Origin: a bacterium | Lineage (GTDB): Bacteria > Calditrichota > Calditrichia > RBG-13-44-9 > J042 | Reading direction: 5' to 3' | NCBI GenBank assembly: GCA_015485355.1 | Contig: WFTQ01000109.1 | Coordinates: forward strand, 1,088-65,087 | Length of the DNA: 64,000 nucleotides | Part shown: in pieces, positions 10,365-20,189 of the stretch | Numbering within the stretch: position 1 is the first letter of the stretch | Layout of the letters: every line of letters begins with the position of its first letter | The notes under the pieces: generated by a model | Databases searched by the model: none | What the model saw: the letters and a program-made list of their open reading frames with translations, nothing else | What the model was told of the DNA's origin: nothing | Position numbers and translations under genes: made by a program

Positions 10365-10837
10365 GCATTAATCTCAAAAAATTTCGCTTCTTCTTCTTTA
10401 AAAAACCGGTATATGCTTTCCGGGTTGGTGAGTTGAAGGAGACGGTTGCGGGTTTCCTCCTTAGAGATGATGCGCGAAATACGGCTGAGTAGACGAATGT
10501 GCAGGCCGGGTTGATCTTCCGGTCCCACCAACAGGAAAATGATTTGTGCGGGCTGATTGTCGATCGATTGAAAGTCTACCCCTTCCGGGTGAATCCCCAG
10601 GGCAATGGCAAAGTCGGCGCAGTCGGGATGTTTGCAATGGGGTATGGCTACACCGTTGCCCACGCCGGTGGTCATAATCTTTTCCCGTTCGAGGACGGCA
10701 TCCAGGATCGCCTGCTTTTCGGGAATCACCCCCTGCCTACCCAATAGGTCGATCAGTTCCTGAATGACTTCGACTTTGGTCTGGTTTTCCAGTGGATATT
10801 TAATATATTCGGGTTTCAGAACGTCGATTAATTTCAT
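10361..10837 (-). CDS. PTS EIIA (fructose/Ntr-type) domain protein
   Basis: REKIMTTGVGNGVAIPHCK with the phosphorylatable His, plus IFLLVGP and HIRLLSRISR. Confidence 0.9.
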   Translation of the reverse strand: MKLIDVLKPEYIKYPLENQTKVEVIQELIDLLGRQGVIPEKQAILDAVLEREKIMTTGVGNGVAIPHCKHPDCADFAIALGIHPEGVDFQSIDNQPAQIIFLLVGPEDQPGLHIRLLSRISRIISKEETRNRLLQLTNPESIYRFFKEEEAKFFEINA

Positions 10838-10971
10838 ACCTTTCTCCGCCTAAGCCAACAAGGATTAATTTAACAAAAATGGCCGTTAAAACAAGACAGG
10901 ATTTTTAAAGAGCCTTTTGCAATCCAAAGCCGTTTTTTCGAAAGGTCCCTCGATTCGCGATGCCTTGGGGT

Positions 10972-11256
10972 TTAAGCCTGGGGTTCCGGTGCGTCCGCCT
11001 CGGGTACTAACTCCACCAGAGCCCGGCATCCGCAACGGCAGCGAAATTCGATCCGTTTAATTTCGCCGTCTTCCTCGGTGACCATAATTTCCGGAGAAGA
11101 TTCCCTGATTTCTCCGGGCACGTAAGCCGTGATTCTTTCCCGATGATTTTCCACAAATTCCCTTTTTAAAATGGGCGATTGGGTGCGATAGGGCTTTTTC
11201 AAGGCGCCTACCAGCGTGTGGGGATTCTCCAGGAAGGAGATAAAATCCTTTTTCAT
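10972..11256 (-). CDS. Small hypothetical protein with IEFRCRCGC motif
   Basis: ORF fills an otherwise empty region and has a purine-rich RBS. Alternative start at 11280. Confidence 0.6.
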   Translation of the reverse strand: MKKDFISFLENPHTLVGALKKPYRTQSPILKREFVENHRERITAYVPGEIRESSPEIMVTEEDGEIKRIEFRCRCGCRALVELVPEADAPEPQA

Positions 11257-11416
11257 TCTCCAACTTCCTTGTTTGTCCATTCAATATTATCGGCCCCGGT
11301 AAAATTGGGTTAAAGGTAAAAAAATAATCCACATTGGGGGAAAAATTATTATATTCTTTTGGATGCAAGGCCGTGTTTTCTGGGTTCTGTGAAATCAAAC
11401 AAGAAGGAGATTTCCC

Positions 11417-12706
11417 ATGAGAAAGGTGGTTGGTGTTGCTTTGTTGACGGTTTTGGTTTCCTTTTCGTCGGGTTTTTCCCAGGCATTCCCGGATCCTTTT
11501 CGGGAACCGGAACAGAGTACCCTGGCCGGAGGATTGGGAATGACCTGGATTGATGGAAGACCTTACACGACATTTACTATCGCGCCGGACATCTCCTTGG
11601 GGAAATTTGGGATTGGTATCTATCTCCAATTGTTATTAGACAATCAGAATCAATTTACGTTGCGAAAAGATGAGTATCAGGGTGGAGCGGGAATTTTACG
11701 GGCCATCCGCTATATTCGCTACGGCAGGAAATACGATCCCTTTTATGTGCGCGTGGGTATGCTGGAAATGGCCTCCCTTGGAAATGGATTCTTGATGTGG
11801 AATTATAATAACGGGTCCAATTATGATAAGCGGAAAATCGGTTTGGCTCTGGATGCTGATTTGGGAACCTTCGGATTTGAGACCGTAGCCAGCAACTTGA
11901 ATACTCTGGAGCTGGTGGGAGCCAACGTGTTCGTCCGTCCGTTTCGCTTTTTTATGCCCGAGGCTTTGTTATTAAAGGATATTCGAGTCTATAGCACCTT
12001 TGTCATGGATCGGGGGGTTCCGACTCTTCAGGGTTCTACCCGAAATATCCAGGCTTTCGGGTTTGGAGCGGACCTGCACTGGCTGGATTACCCCTTTATC
12101 AAAAGCTTTATTTACGCGGACTTCGGCAAGTTTAAGGATTATGGTTCCGGACAGGCCGTGGGAATCACCGGCATTGTCCCGGATCTGGGGGGAATTTTAG
12201 GGGTCGCCGCCAAGTTCGAAAAGCGCTTCCTCGATGAACAATTTATCCCCAATTTTTTTGGCCCCATGTATGACCTGAGTCGCACCCCGGTACCGACGGT
12301 CAATGCCTTCGAGCTTCTGGAAAATGCCCCGAAATCAGAGGGCTACTTTGGACAGTTAACCGGCCATATTGCACAAAAAATTCGATTGATTGGAAACTAC
12401 CAGCGGCTGAATGGGAAAAAATACAGTGGGATTTTGCATCTCGAAGCCTCGGCGCCGGACTTGATCCCTCAGATCGAATTGCGAGCCTATTATGATAAGA
12501 GTAACATCGAAAGTTTTCGGGACGCTCGAACCCTGGATATTAATTCCATTGCCACTGTGGAAGTGTCCTACCGGCTCAATCGCTTCATGTTGCTCACCAC
12601 CATTTACCGATGGTACTGGGTGGAAGTTGTTGATGAGTTTGGGGTAAAACAGTATAAACCCATTGAGCGCATTGAGCCGCGGATTACGTTTAGCTATTCG
12701 TTTTAA
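11417..12706 (+). CDS. Putative outer-membrane beta-barrel protein of unknown function
   Basis: Signal peptide followed by Gln, many amphipathic beta-strands, C-terminal beta-signal ITFSYSF. Confidence 0.8.
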   Translation: MRKVVGVALLTVLVSFSSGFSQAFPDPFREPEQSTLAGGLGMTWIDGRPYTTFTIAPDISLGKFGIGIYLQLLLDNQNQFTLRKDEYQGGAGILRAIRYIRYGRKYDPFYVRVGMLEMASLGNGFLMWNYNNGSNYDKRKIGLALDADLGTFGFETVASNLNTLELVGANVFVRPFRFFMPEALLLKDIRVYSTFVMDRGVPTLQGSTRNIQAFGFGADLHWLDYPFIKSFIYADFGKFKDYGSGQAVGITGIVPDLGGILGVAAKFEKRFLDEQFIPNFFGPMYDLSRTPVPTVNAFELLENAPKSEGYFGQLTGHIAQKIRLIGNYQRLNGKKYSGILHLEASAPDLIPQIELRAYYDKSNIESFRDARTLDINSIATVEVSYRLNRFMLLTTIYRWYWVEVVDEFGVKQYKPIERIEPRITFSYSF

Positions 12707-12725
12707 CATCCGGTTTACGTGGCAC

Positions 12726-12751
12726 AACGGCCATCGTTATCGATGGCCGTT
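12726..12751. terminator. Perfect 11-bp hairpin downstream of the beta-barrel gene
   Basis: AACGGCCATCG-TTAT-CGATGGCCGTT. No strong U-tract. Confidence 0.5.
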
Positions 12752-12791
12752 ATACGGTTACCCCCTGAGTTAGGAAACCACTCCCCTGGCT

Positions 12792-13520
12792 ATGAACAAA
12801 AGGCGGCGACCGGATACTGATTTTCGGTTCTGGAATTGGATGTGGGAACTGCTGTTTCCTTCCTCCTGTCTTTCTTGTGGGAAGATGCTGGAGTTTCCGC
12901 TTCCTTTAAAACTCTGCCCCCTCTGTGTGCAGTCCATTCCCCTTTTGCCGTCCGATTTTGCCCGTATCCATGTTTTGGATCGGCTGGAAGAGAGTTATCT
13001 GGATGATTTGTGGGTTCCATTCGGATTTAATGAAGCGCTTCGGAGGTTGGTTCATCATTTAAAATATCGCCAGATGCCCAGGCTGGGCATCGCAATGGGC
13101 CGGTGGACGGGGACCCATCTTTCCGATCGTTTACCCTCCGGTGCCCCGGTGTCCTTGATACCGGTTCCCCTCCATCCAGGGCGCATGCGGGAGAGGGGAT
13201 ATAACCAGAGCGGTCAAATTGCCCGGGGGCTGGGTGAGGAACTCCACCTGGAGGTCCTCTCGGACTGCCTGGTACGCACCCGGTACACCCAATCTCAGAC
13301 CCATTTGAATCGGCAGGAACGCCACGACAATGTTTATCGCGCTTTTGCTCTGGCTCGCAAGGTGCCGGGACATCGGTCCACGGTGCTATTGGTGGACGAT
13401 CTGGTAACCACAGGGGCTACAATCAATGAGTGCGCCCGCATTTTGAAACAGGCAGGGGTGACCAGGGTTGTGGGCATTGCGGTGGCCACCCCGGTAGAGC
13501 GGGAGGAACGCCTGGTTTAG
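12792..13520 (+). CDS. comF: ComF family (double zinc ribbon + PRTase) protein
   Basis: LFPSSCLSC...LCPLC, HHLKY, IPVPLH, RGYNQS and LLVDDLVTTGAT. Confidence 0.9.
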   Translation: MNKRRRPDTDFRFWNWMWELLFPSSCLSCGKMLEFPLPLKLCPLCVQSIPLLPSDFARIHVLDRLEESYLDDLWVPFGFNEALRRLVHHLKYRQMPRLGIAMGRWTGTHLSDRLPSGAPVSLIPVPLHPGRMRERGYNQSGQIARGLGEELHLEVLSDCLVRTRYTQSQTHLNRQERHDNVYRAFALARKVPGHRSTVLLVDDLVTTGATINECARILKQAGVTRVVGIAVATPVEREERLV

Positions 13521-13973
13521 CCGTAAGTACGGTGCTGGCGAGGGATTGACGGGGATTCCCCGGGCGGAAACCCGGCTCTTTGTGTCGTCCGGAAATGGTG
13601 GAAGTGATTGTCGTTGCTCTCCCTCCGCCGGCTGGTGAATGATAGGCGCCCAGACCGTTCCTGGTCATGTTTTCTTCGATGCAATCGGTATGGCCAACAC
13701 CGGTCGGGTGAGCGCTGAAGGATATGGGGATGTAAAAAGGCGTCCTGTCGTCTAAGCGCCATCCTCGTTTATCCGCTCCACTTTGAGCACGGTCCCCCTA
13801 CCGGGAGAGCGGGTTCCGGGGAATCGCCCGGTTAAAATTCCGGGCATAACCGAGTATGCCTATTCTGTCTGCGCCGATACATGGATTTTTAAGAGTCAGC
13901 GGGTGTGTTGGGGCTGCAAAGTTACCCGAAGTGTGCAGCCGAAGGCCGGCGTTGGGGTTTGTTCAGGGGATGG

Positions 13974-15719
13974 TTATTCCACCTGCTCCAGTTCTTTTTC
14001 CAACAATTGTTTCTCATAAATCCAGGCATATAATCCTTTGCGTGCCAACAGTTCCCGATGGCTTCCTTTTTCGGTAATACGGCCTTCTTCCAGCACCACG
14101 ATGACGTCGCTGTGTTGAAGGGTGGAAATGCGATGGGAGATCAAAATAACGGTTCGATCCCGAAAAAAATGGTTCAGGTTTTTCAGGATGTGGGCTTCGG
14201 TTTCGGCATCCAGGGCCGAAAAGGCGTCGTCCAGAATCAGGATGCGGGGATTTCTGAGTATGGCGCGGGCGATGGCGACGCGTTGTTTTTGTCCACCACT
14301 GAGGTTGATGCCCTTTTCTCCCAGGAGGGCATCGTATCCCCGGGGAAAGTTGAGGATTTCCTGGTGAATGTGAGCCATTTGGGCGGCCCGTTCGACGGCT
14401 TCGCGAGGGGCCTGGGGTACCCCGTAGGCGATATTGTTGTGAATGGTATCCGAAAAGAGAAAGGTTTCCTGAGAAACATATCCGATGTGTTGGCGGAGGT
14501 AGGAAAGAGACAGGTCGTTGATGTCGGTATCGTCGATCATCAGACAGCCCCGGGGTAAAGGATAGAAGTGAGGTACCAATTTGACCAGGGTGGATTTTCC
14601 ACTGCCCGTGGGGCCGATGATGCCTACCGTGCTTCCCGCCGGAATATCCAGTTGAATGTCCCGCAGCACCGGGCGATCGGGAAAATAAGCGAAATTTAGG
14701 TTTCGGAATACAATCCTGCCTCTGAACGGCCGGGGTTTCACCTGGCCGGGCAGTTCCCGGATTTCCGGTTCCGTATCCAATATTTTTTGGATGCGTTTTA
14801 AGGAAGCCGTTCCCTGTTGAAACAGGCCGATGACCCACCCCAGGGCGATGGAAGGCCAGATAAGGATGCCCAGGTACAACAGAAAAGCCGTCAGCTCCCC
14901 GATGGTGATGATCTTCTGGATGACCAGATTACCCCCGATATACAAAATCAGCAATGTGGCCAGTCCGATGATGACCACCAGTGAGGGATGGAAAGCGGCG
15001 TACACCCGGGCATAGGCCATGTTTCGCCTCAAATACTCCTGGCTTTCTTTTCGGAACAATTGAATCTGGTGGGGTTCCTGGACGAACCACTTCACGATGA
15101 TCATACCGGAGAGATTTTCCTGGGCGCGGGTATTGAGCACGGACAATTGGGCCTGGATTCGCTCAAAGCGGCGGTATATGGCCCTGCCTACCCGGAATAC
15201 CAGAAAGGCCGTCAAGGGAAAGGGGATCAGGGCGAAAAGGGCCAACCGGGGGCTGATCAGAAACATCATGGGGATGATGAACAGAAAGGCCATCAGGGTG
15301 TTGAAGGAATACGCAATGCCGGGTCCCAGCAGAGAACGCACCGCGTTCAGATCATTCGTGGCTCGGGACATGATGTCCCCGGTGGGCATCTGGATATAGA
15401 ACGATGGGGGCAACGATTCCAGTTTGCGGAAGATGTCGTTTCGCAGGTCAAACTCGATTTCCCGGGAGGCCACGATCAGGCTCCGACGCATCAGAAACAA
15501 AAACAGTCCTTCCATTAAGGTAATACCGACGATCAAAGCGGCATACCCGGCCAGCTCTTTTAAAGAAAAATGGTATTTGAGGTAATCGATGGCCTGTTGA
15601 ACAACCCGGGGATTAAGAATGCGAAACCCGTTGGTCAACAGGACGAACAATCCGCCCCAAATATATTTTTTTTGATAACGCCGAATATAGGGGTACAAGT
15701 ATTTTAGTGCTTGAATCAT
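13974..15719 (-). CDS. ABC exporter permease/ATPase half (MdlA/YheI-like)
   Basis: Six-TM domain, Walker A GPTGSGKST, signature LSGGQKQR, Walker B LILDD (Asp at the catalytic Glu position), H-switch SHR. Start chosen at MIQALKY. Confidence 0.92.
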   Translation of the reverse strand: MIQALKYLYPYIRRYQKKYIWGGLFVLLTNGFRILNPRVVQQAIDYLKYHFSLKELAGYAALIVGITLMEGLFLFLMRRSLIVASREIEFDLRNDIFRKLESLPPSFYIQMPTGDIMSRATNDLNAVRSLLGPGIAYSFNTLMAFLFIIPMMFLISPRLALFALIPFPLTAFLVFRVGRAIYRRFERIQAQLSVLNTRAQENLSGMIIVKWFVQEPHQIQLFRKESQEYLRRNMAYARVYAAFHPSLVVIIGLATLLILYIGGNLVIQKIITIGELTAFLLYLGILIWPSIALGWVIGLFQQGTASLKRIQKILDTEPEIRELPGQVKPRPFRGRIVFRNLNFAYFPDRPVLRDIQLDIPAGSTVGIIGPTGSGKSTLVKLVPHFYPLPRGCLMIDDTDINDLSLSYLRQHIGYVSQETFLFSDTIHNNIAYGVPQAPREAVERAAQMAHIHQEILNFPRGYDALLGEKGINLSGGQKQRVAIARAILRNPRILILDDAFSALDAETEAHILKNLNHFFRDRTVILISHRISTLQHSDVIVVLEEGRITEKGSHRELLARKGLYAWIYEKQLLEKELEQVE

Positions 15720-15745
15720 AAACCACCCGAAAAATGTTCCCCGGA

Positions 15746-16135
15746 TCAGGACGAGGTTAAGGATTCCTGCCGAGAGGTATGGGTAAAGAGGGCGACCAGC
15801 CGGTACCGGTAAAGTTGCTTGATGAATTGGACCGTGCGTTCCTGGGAAGGCTGCACACTGTCGCCAAAGGTCTTTTCCAATTCCTGGCAAATTTGCCGAA
15901 TAGTATGTTCACCGGTGCAGTAATTCCAGATAAAGCTTCCTTTTTCGTCCAGTTTAATCGTTATGTAGGGATTGGGGTTCAGTAGTGCAATGATTTTCCG
16001 CATCAGAGGATTGCGCGCCCGGGGTACCTTGAGGGTTACCAGACCCCGATCGTCCTGCTGATAGGCGCACTTTCGCCTGGGGTAAATTTGCAACCAGTCT
16101 TCCAGGCCGAGGGATTGTTGTTTTTTTTGCCACAT
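15746..16135 (-). CDS. PqqD/RiPP-recognition-element (RRE) family protein
   Basis: IKLDEKGSFIWNYCTGEHTIRQICQELEKTFG...FIKQL matches the PqqD winged-helix pattern. Confidence 0.78.
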   Translation of the reverse strand: MWQKKQQSLGLEDWLQIYPRRKCAYQQDDRGLVTLKVPRARNPLMRKIIALLNPNPYITIKLDEKGSFIWNYCTGEHTIRQICQELEKTFGDSVQPSQERTVQFIKQLYRYRLVALFTHTSRQESLTSS

Positions 16136-16240
16136 GGGATTCCCAATTGCTGATCGTTGTTTCCTGCTGGTAAAGACGGCAATGGTTTTCTGGGCCCTTT
16201 CCGAACGCCTTTCTCGAAGGCTCGGGTTGAGAAGCGTTGG

Positions 16241-17539
16241 TTATAATTGGAGCCGTATTTCCACGGGAATTTCTTGACGCAATTTTTCCAGCCATTCCCG
16301 GAACAGGCGTTCCCGTTTTTCTTCCAGGGCCCACTGGCGGATCTGGTCCCAGTCCTTTTCCAGAGAGATCCGACGTTTTTCGGTGCGTTGATTGAGCCGT
16401 ACGATATGATAGCCGAATTCGGTTTTGAAGGGTCGGGATATTTGCCCCGGCTTCAGGGTGTCGGTGACGGCTTTAAAGGCCGGAATCTGGAATGCATTGG
16501 TTCGGAATTCTCCCAGGTGTCCTTTGTCCTTTTCCACGTTGGGGTCATCGGAATATTGCAGGGCCATGGCTTCGAAACTGGCCTCGCCTTTCAAGATTTT
16601 TTCCCGGATTTCCAGCAGTTTTTGGACCACGCGGTGTTCATCGGCTTCGGTGGGACGCATTTGAATCAAAATATGGCGGATGTGAATCTTTTCCCCGCGG
16701 CGCTCCAAAAGCTGAATGATGTGAAATCCAAACTGGGTTTGAACAATGTCCGAAATTTCTCCCTCCTTCAGGGCGAAGGCTACTTCCTCGAATTCCTTTA
16801 CCAGGTCTCCCCGGCTGACGAATCCCAGGTCGCCCCCGCGGGAGGCACTGCCCGGATCTTCGGAATATTCCCGGGCCAGTTCCGCAAAATTCGCCCCCTG
16901 GTTCAACCTCTCCCGAATGGCTTGGATTTTCTCATAGGCTTTCTGATAGCTCTCTTCGCTGGGCTTGATCTGCATCAGAATATGGGAAATATCCACCGTG
17001 GGTTCCATGGCCGGGATGCTATCCTTGTAATGTTGATAAAATGCTTCTACCTCCCGGCGGGAAATTTTTATGTTCCCGAAGCGCTTCTGCCGCAGCTGGG
17101 ATATTTTGTATTGATTTTCGATCTGTTTGCGAAATTCCTTCTTGATCATCGCCAGGGGGGCATTGTAGAACTGTTCCAGGGCCTGTTGCGAACCTGCCTG
17201 ACGAATCATCGCCTCGATTTGCTGGTTGAGCGTCTGTTCAATCTGTTCTTCATCGGCCTCAATGGTGTCTTCTTCGGCTTTGATGAGAAGCAATTTTTCG
17301 TCGATCAGGCTTTGCAAAAAACGCTGACTGAGCTTTTTGAGTTGCTCCGGATTTTCAAAAAGGTTCACCTGGTTTTGAATGCTGTATTGCATTAGCACCG
17401 TATTCAGTTCCGAAAACAATACGGCACGGTCGCCCACCACGGCAACAACACCGTCGATCAACTGTTGGCCGTAGCCAACGGAGTTTACCAACAGTAGAAA
17501 CACGCCGATAAGCCGGAAAATTTTTCTCATTCGCCTCAT
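16241..17539 (-). CDS. surA: SurA-like chaperone/peptidyl-prolyl isomerase
   Basis: Signal peptide, SurA N-domain (DGVVAVVG), two parvulin domains (SHIL...YSEDPGSASRGGDLG...FGFHIIQL; YSDD...FGYHIV). Confidence 0.87.
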   Translation of the reverse strand: MRRMRKIFRLIGVFLLLVNSVGYGQQLIDGVVAVVGDRAVLFSELNTVLMQYSIQNQVNLFENPEQLKKLSQRFLQSLIDEKLLLIKAEEDTIEADEEQIEQTLNQQIEAMIRQAGSQQALEQFYNAPLAMIKKEFRKQIENQYKISQLRQKRFGNIKISRREVEAFYQHYKDSIPAMEPTVDISHILMQIKPSEESYQKAYEKIQAIRERLNQGANFAELAREYSEDPGSASRGGDLGFVSRGDLVKEFEEVAFALKEGEISDIVQTQFGFHIIQLLERRGEKIHIRHILIQMRPTEADEHRVVQKLLEIREKILKGEASFEAMALQYSDDPNVEKDKGHLGEFRTNAFQIPAFKAVTDTLKPGQISRPFKTEFGYHIVRLNQRTEKRRISLEKDWDQIRQWALEEKRERLFREWLEKLRQEIPVEIRLQL

Positions 17540-17547
17540 TTTTCGTT

Positions 17548-18414
17548 TTAATTTAGGTTAACGTGATTAAAATGCGTTTCTATTGGGGTCTTTTCTTTCA
17601 GACTTTCGATGAGTTTTTTCAGTTGTTGGTTCCGCTTGCGGGTTTTAATGCGGGCCACAATTTCTTGGCGAACCATCTCCAGGCTTCGTATGCTGCCTTT
17701 AGGCTGACGATCCAGCAGTTGTAAATAATGGTAGCCGTCGTTGGTGCGGATGGGCCCGATGATTTCGCCGGTCTTGCGGTTCCGCAGTGCCCGCTGGAAT
17801 TCAGGGCGCAGATGATCGTATACCACATAACCCAGGTCACCATTGGGTTCCAGAAGCGGCGTGGCCCGTTGATCCAGATAATTTTTCTCGATGACCTCCA
17901 GCAACGATTCGGATTCGCGAATGTCCTTTTCGATGGCTCGATCCCGCTTTTCCAGAAATAAATGTACCAGATGCACTTCGGCAAAGTCGCGTTTGAACTC
18001 TTCCTGATTGGTTAGATAGTACTCCTCGATCTCCGTTTCGGTAACGGGAATGAATTTACCGATTTTTTGTTCCGCGTATTTGTTGCCCAGCATGTCCAGT
18101 TCCACCCATCGGGCCTGGAATTGTTCCCCCGGACTTAATTGTATCCCCTCTTTTTGGGCCGCCTGTACCAATACCTGGGCTTCGATCCATTGGTTCACCA
18201 GCTTTTGTAGATAACTGTTTTTCTTTTCCTGAGGGAGGTTTTCGGGTATGAGTTCCTTCACAACGTCGCGGGTTAAATACACCTCTCCCACCCGGGCCAC
18301 GATTTCGGACGGCTCGGGGGTTTCCCGGGGACAGCCGGTCAGAACCAGACTCACCCCGGCGATGACGGCCAGCCATTGATAAGGGATGGACCTTCTCTTT
18401 CTCATGTTACTCAA
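17548..18414 (-). CDS. Parvulin/PpiC-type foldase lipoprotein
   Basis: Lipobox LTGC, GDLGYV and GYHYLQL. Confidence 0.83.
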   Translation of the reverse strand: MSNMRKRRSIPYQWLAVIAGVSLVLTGCPRETPEPSEIVARVGEVYLTRDVVKELIPENLPQEKKNSYLQKLVNQWIEAQVLVQAAQKEGIQLSPGEQFQARWVELDMLGNKYAEQKIGKFIPVTETEIEEYYLTNQEEFKRDFAEVHLVHLFLEKRDRAIEKDIRESESLLEVIEKNYLDQRATPLLEPNGDLGYVVYDHLRPEFQRALRNRKTGEIIGPIRTNDGYHYLQLLDRQPKGSIRSLEMVRQEIVARIKTRKRNQQLKKLIESLKEKTPIETHFNHVNLN

Positions 18415-20120
18415 GCCACTCGTCTTAATAGCGATTCGTTTATTCGGAACCAGTGTTCCCGGCGCAACTCTTCTAACAGATTCTCTTTTATCTGCCTTTC
18501 TTTTTGCCGTTCCAGGTCGGATTTAACAAACAAACGCACCCGGTCCAGTGGTTTCACCTTTTGCGATTCCAGACGACCGGTCTTGATGACGTAAAAATAT
18601 TGACCCGATTGGAAAGGGCCTTCGATTTGGTCTGGACCCGCCTTAAAGGCACGATCCACAATGTTTCTGAAAACCGAATTGGTGGTTTGCATCCCCAGGT
18701 ACCCTTTGCGGCGCTTGAGGTCGTCGCGGACGTTATAAGTCTCGGCCAGTTTGGTAAAGTCTTCGCCCGTCCTGGCCCGACGCGCCACCTGAATAGCCGT
18801 CGCTTCATCCTTGAACGAGGTCACCCAGATTTCGATCCGGGTAGGATCGATATACTTCCCCTTGTTTTTCTCGTAATATTGCTGGATTTCTTCCTCTGTG
18901 ACTTTCGCTTGTTTTTTGATATATTCCCGATTCAACAAGGCCACCAGCTGACGTACCCGGTACTGTTCCATATTTCGACGGATGTCTTCCCGCTTATGGT
19001 AACCCCGGCGGCGCGCTTCTTTTACCCAGATTTCAAAATTCATACGGTTTTCGACCAGTTTCTTGATAAAATCAAAGCTGCGGAAACGGTGATAGTTTTC
19101 ATAGAATTTACCGTCGTATTGATCGATGATGGTGCCAATGGTGATGCGGCGATCATCGTATTGGGCCAGCACAATAGACCGTTGCTTTTCGGTGAAATCG
19201 CTGTCCTTTTTGGGTTGTTGGTTGTCCCAGTCCTGAATCAATTCCTGAAAATATTTCATATTATCTTCAAACAACCGGGCCTGATATTTTTTCTGCAGCC
19301 GATTGGAAAACTCCTGGAATCGTTTGCCGGCATTTTCCATAAAGTAGGAGCTGATCAGGCGCCGTTTTATCATGTCGGTGTCGGATTCCGTTCCCTGATT
19401 GGCAGCGGGGAACCGTTTATCCACAATTTTAAAAATGGCGAATCCACGGCGGGTTTGCACCGGGCCAATCGTTGCGCCCACGGATGCGGTAAAGACCAAT
19501 CGGTCGGCCGTCACCCCCATCTGACCGATACGGTAGGGTTTAAGGAAACCGTCTAATTGCTTGGTGCGCATATCTTCGCTGTATTGTTTCACCAGATCGG
19601 AAAAGCTTTCCCCCCGGTCCAGGCGTTGTCGAATTTCCCGGGCCAGTTTTTCGGCATCCGCTTTTTTGCGATTCCCCCGATACCCGGAAGCGCCTTTGAA
19701 GCCGATCAGAATCAGCCGTGCGGTCACCTCATAGCGGTTCCATTTGAGGTAATCCTGAAAAAGATCATCGGGTATGACCTTGTCCATTACTTCGCGCTCG
19801 TACAATTTTCGGGCCAGAAGGCGTTGCTCGTGGCGGTCCACATTTAATCGGAATTTAGCATTCTGGTCCAGACCCAATGCTTGGGCTTTTATGGCCAAAA
19901 GGCGATTGTCGATCAGTTCGTTAAGCAATTGTTTACGCAGGTCCAGAGAGACGTTTTTCATATCGGTTGTTTTATAGCGTTCGTGGATTGCCTGCCGGAA
20001 CTCTTCCAGAGTAATGTTCATGCGCTCGACTTTGGCGATCACATCGTTTTTCTTTCCGCAGTGGAGAGTCAACATCAGCAACGCCAGCAGGCTTGCCGTC
20101 CCCAAAAATCGCCCTTTCAT
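18411..20120 (-). CDS. PrsA/PpiD-like foldase with two parvulin domains
   Basis: Lipobox-like LHC, FSDLVKQYSED and FTKLAETYN...GYLG. RBS GGAGG before the ATG at 20120. Confidence 0.85.
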   Translation of the reverse strand: MKGRFLGTASLLALLMLTLHCGKKNDVIAKVERMNITLEEFRQAIHERYKTTDMKNVSLDLRKQLLNELIDNRLLAIKAQALGLDQNAKFRLNVDRHEQRLLARKLYEREVMDKVIPDDLFQDYLKWNRYEVTARLILIGFKGASGYRGNRKKADAEKLAREIRQRLDRGESFSDLVKQYSEDMRTKQLDGFLKPYRIGQMGVTADRLVFTASVGATIGPVQTRRGFAIFKIVDKRFPAANQGTESDTDMIKRRLISSYFMENAGKRFQEFSNRLQKKYQARLFEDNMKYFQELIQDWDNQQPKKDSDFTEKQRSIVLAQYDDRRITIGTIIDQYDGKFYENYHRFRSFDFIKKLVENRMNFEIWVKEARRRGYHKREDIRRNMEQYRVRQLVALLNREYIKKQAKVTEEEIQQYYEKNKGKYIDPTRIEIWVTSFKDEATAIQVARRARTGEDFTKLAETYNVRDDLKRRKGYLGMQTTNSVFRNIVDRAFKAGPDQIEGPFQSGQYFYVIKTGRLESQKVKPLDRVRLFVKSDLERQKERQIKENLLEELRREHWFRINESLLRRVA

Positions 20121-20189
20121 ATCGGCCTCCTTCCGCTTACTTCCGAAAGTTAACATTCATCGGAGCTTAAACTTCAAATTATTTCCAAT

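Noticed and set aside
13516-13550. AGCCGTA-AG-TACGGTG resembling group II intron domain V
   Set aside because: Too short, lacks the upper stem and domain VI, and overlaps the comF stop codon. Probably a chance hairpin.
16247-17395. 382-aa plus-strand ORF
   Set aside because: It is the antisense shadow of surA and has no recognisable motifs.
18504-19556. 350-aa plus-strand ORF
   Set aside because: Antisense shadow of the foldase gene.
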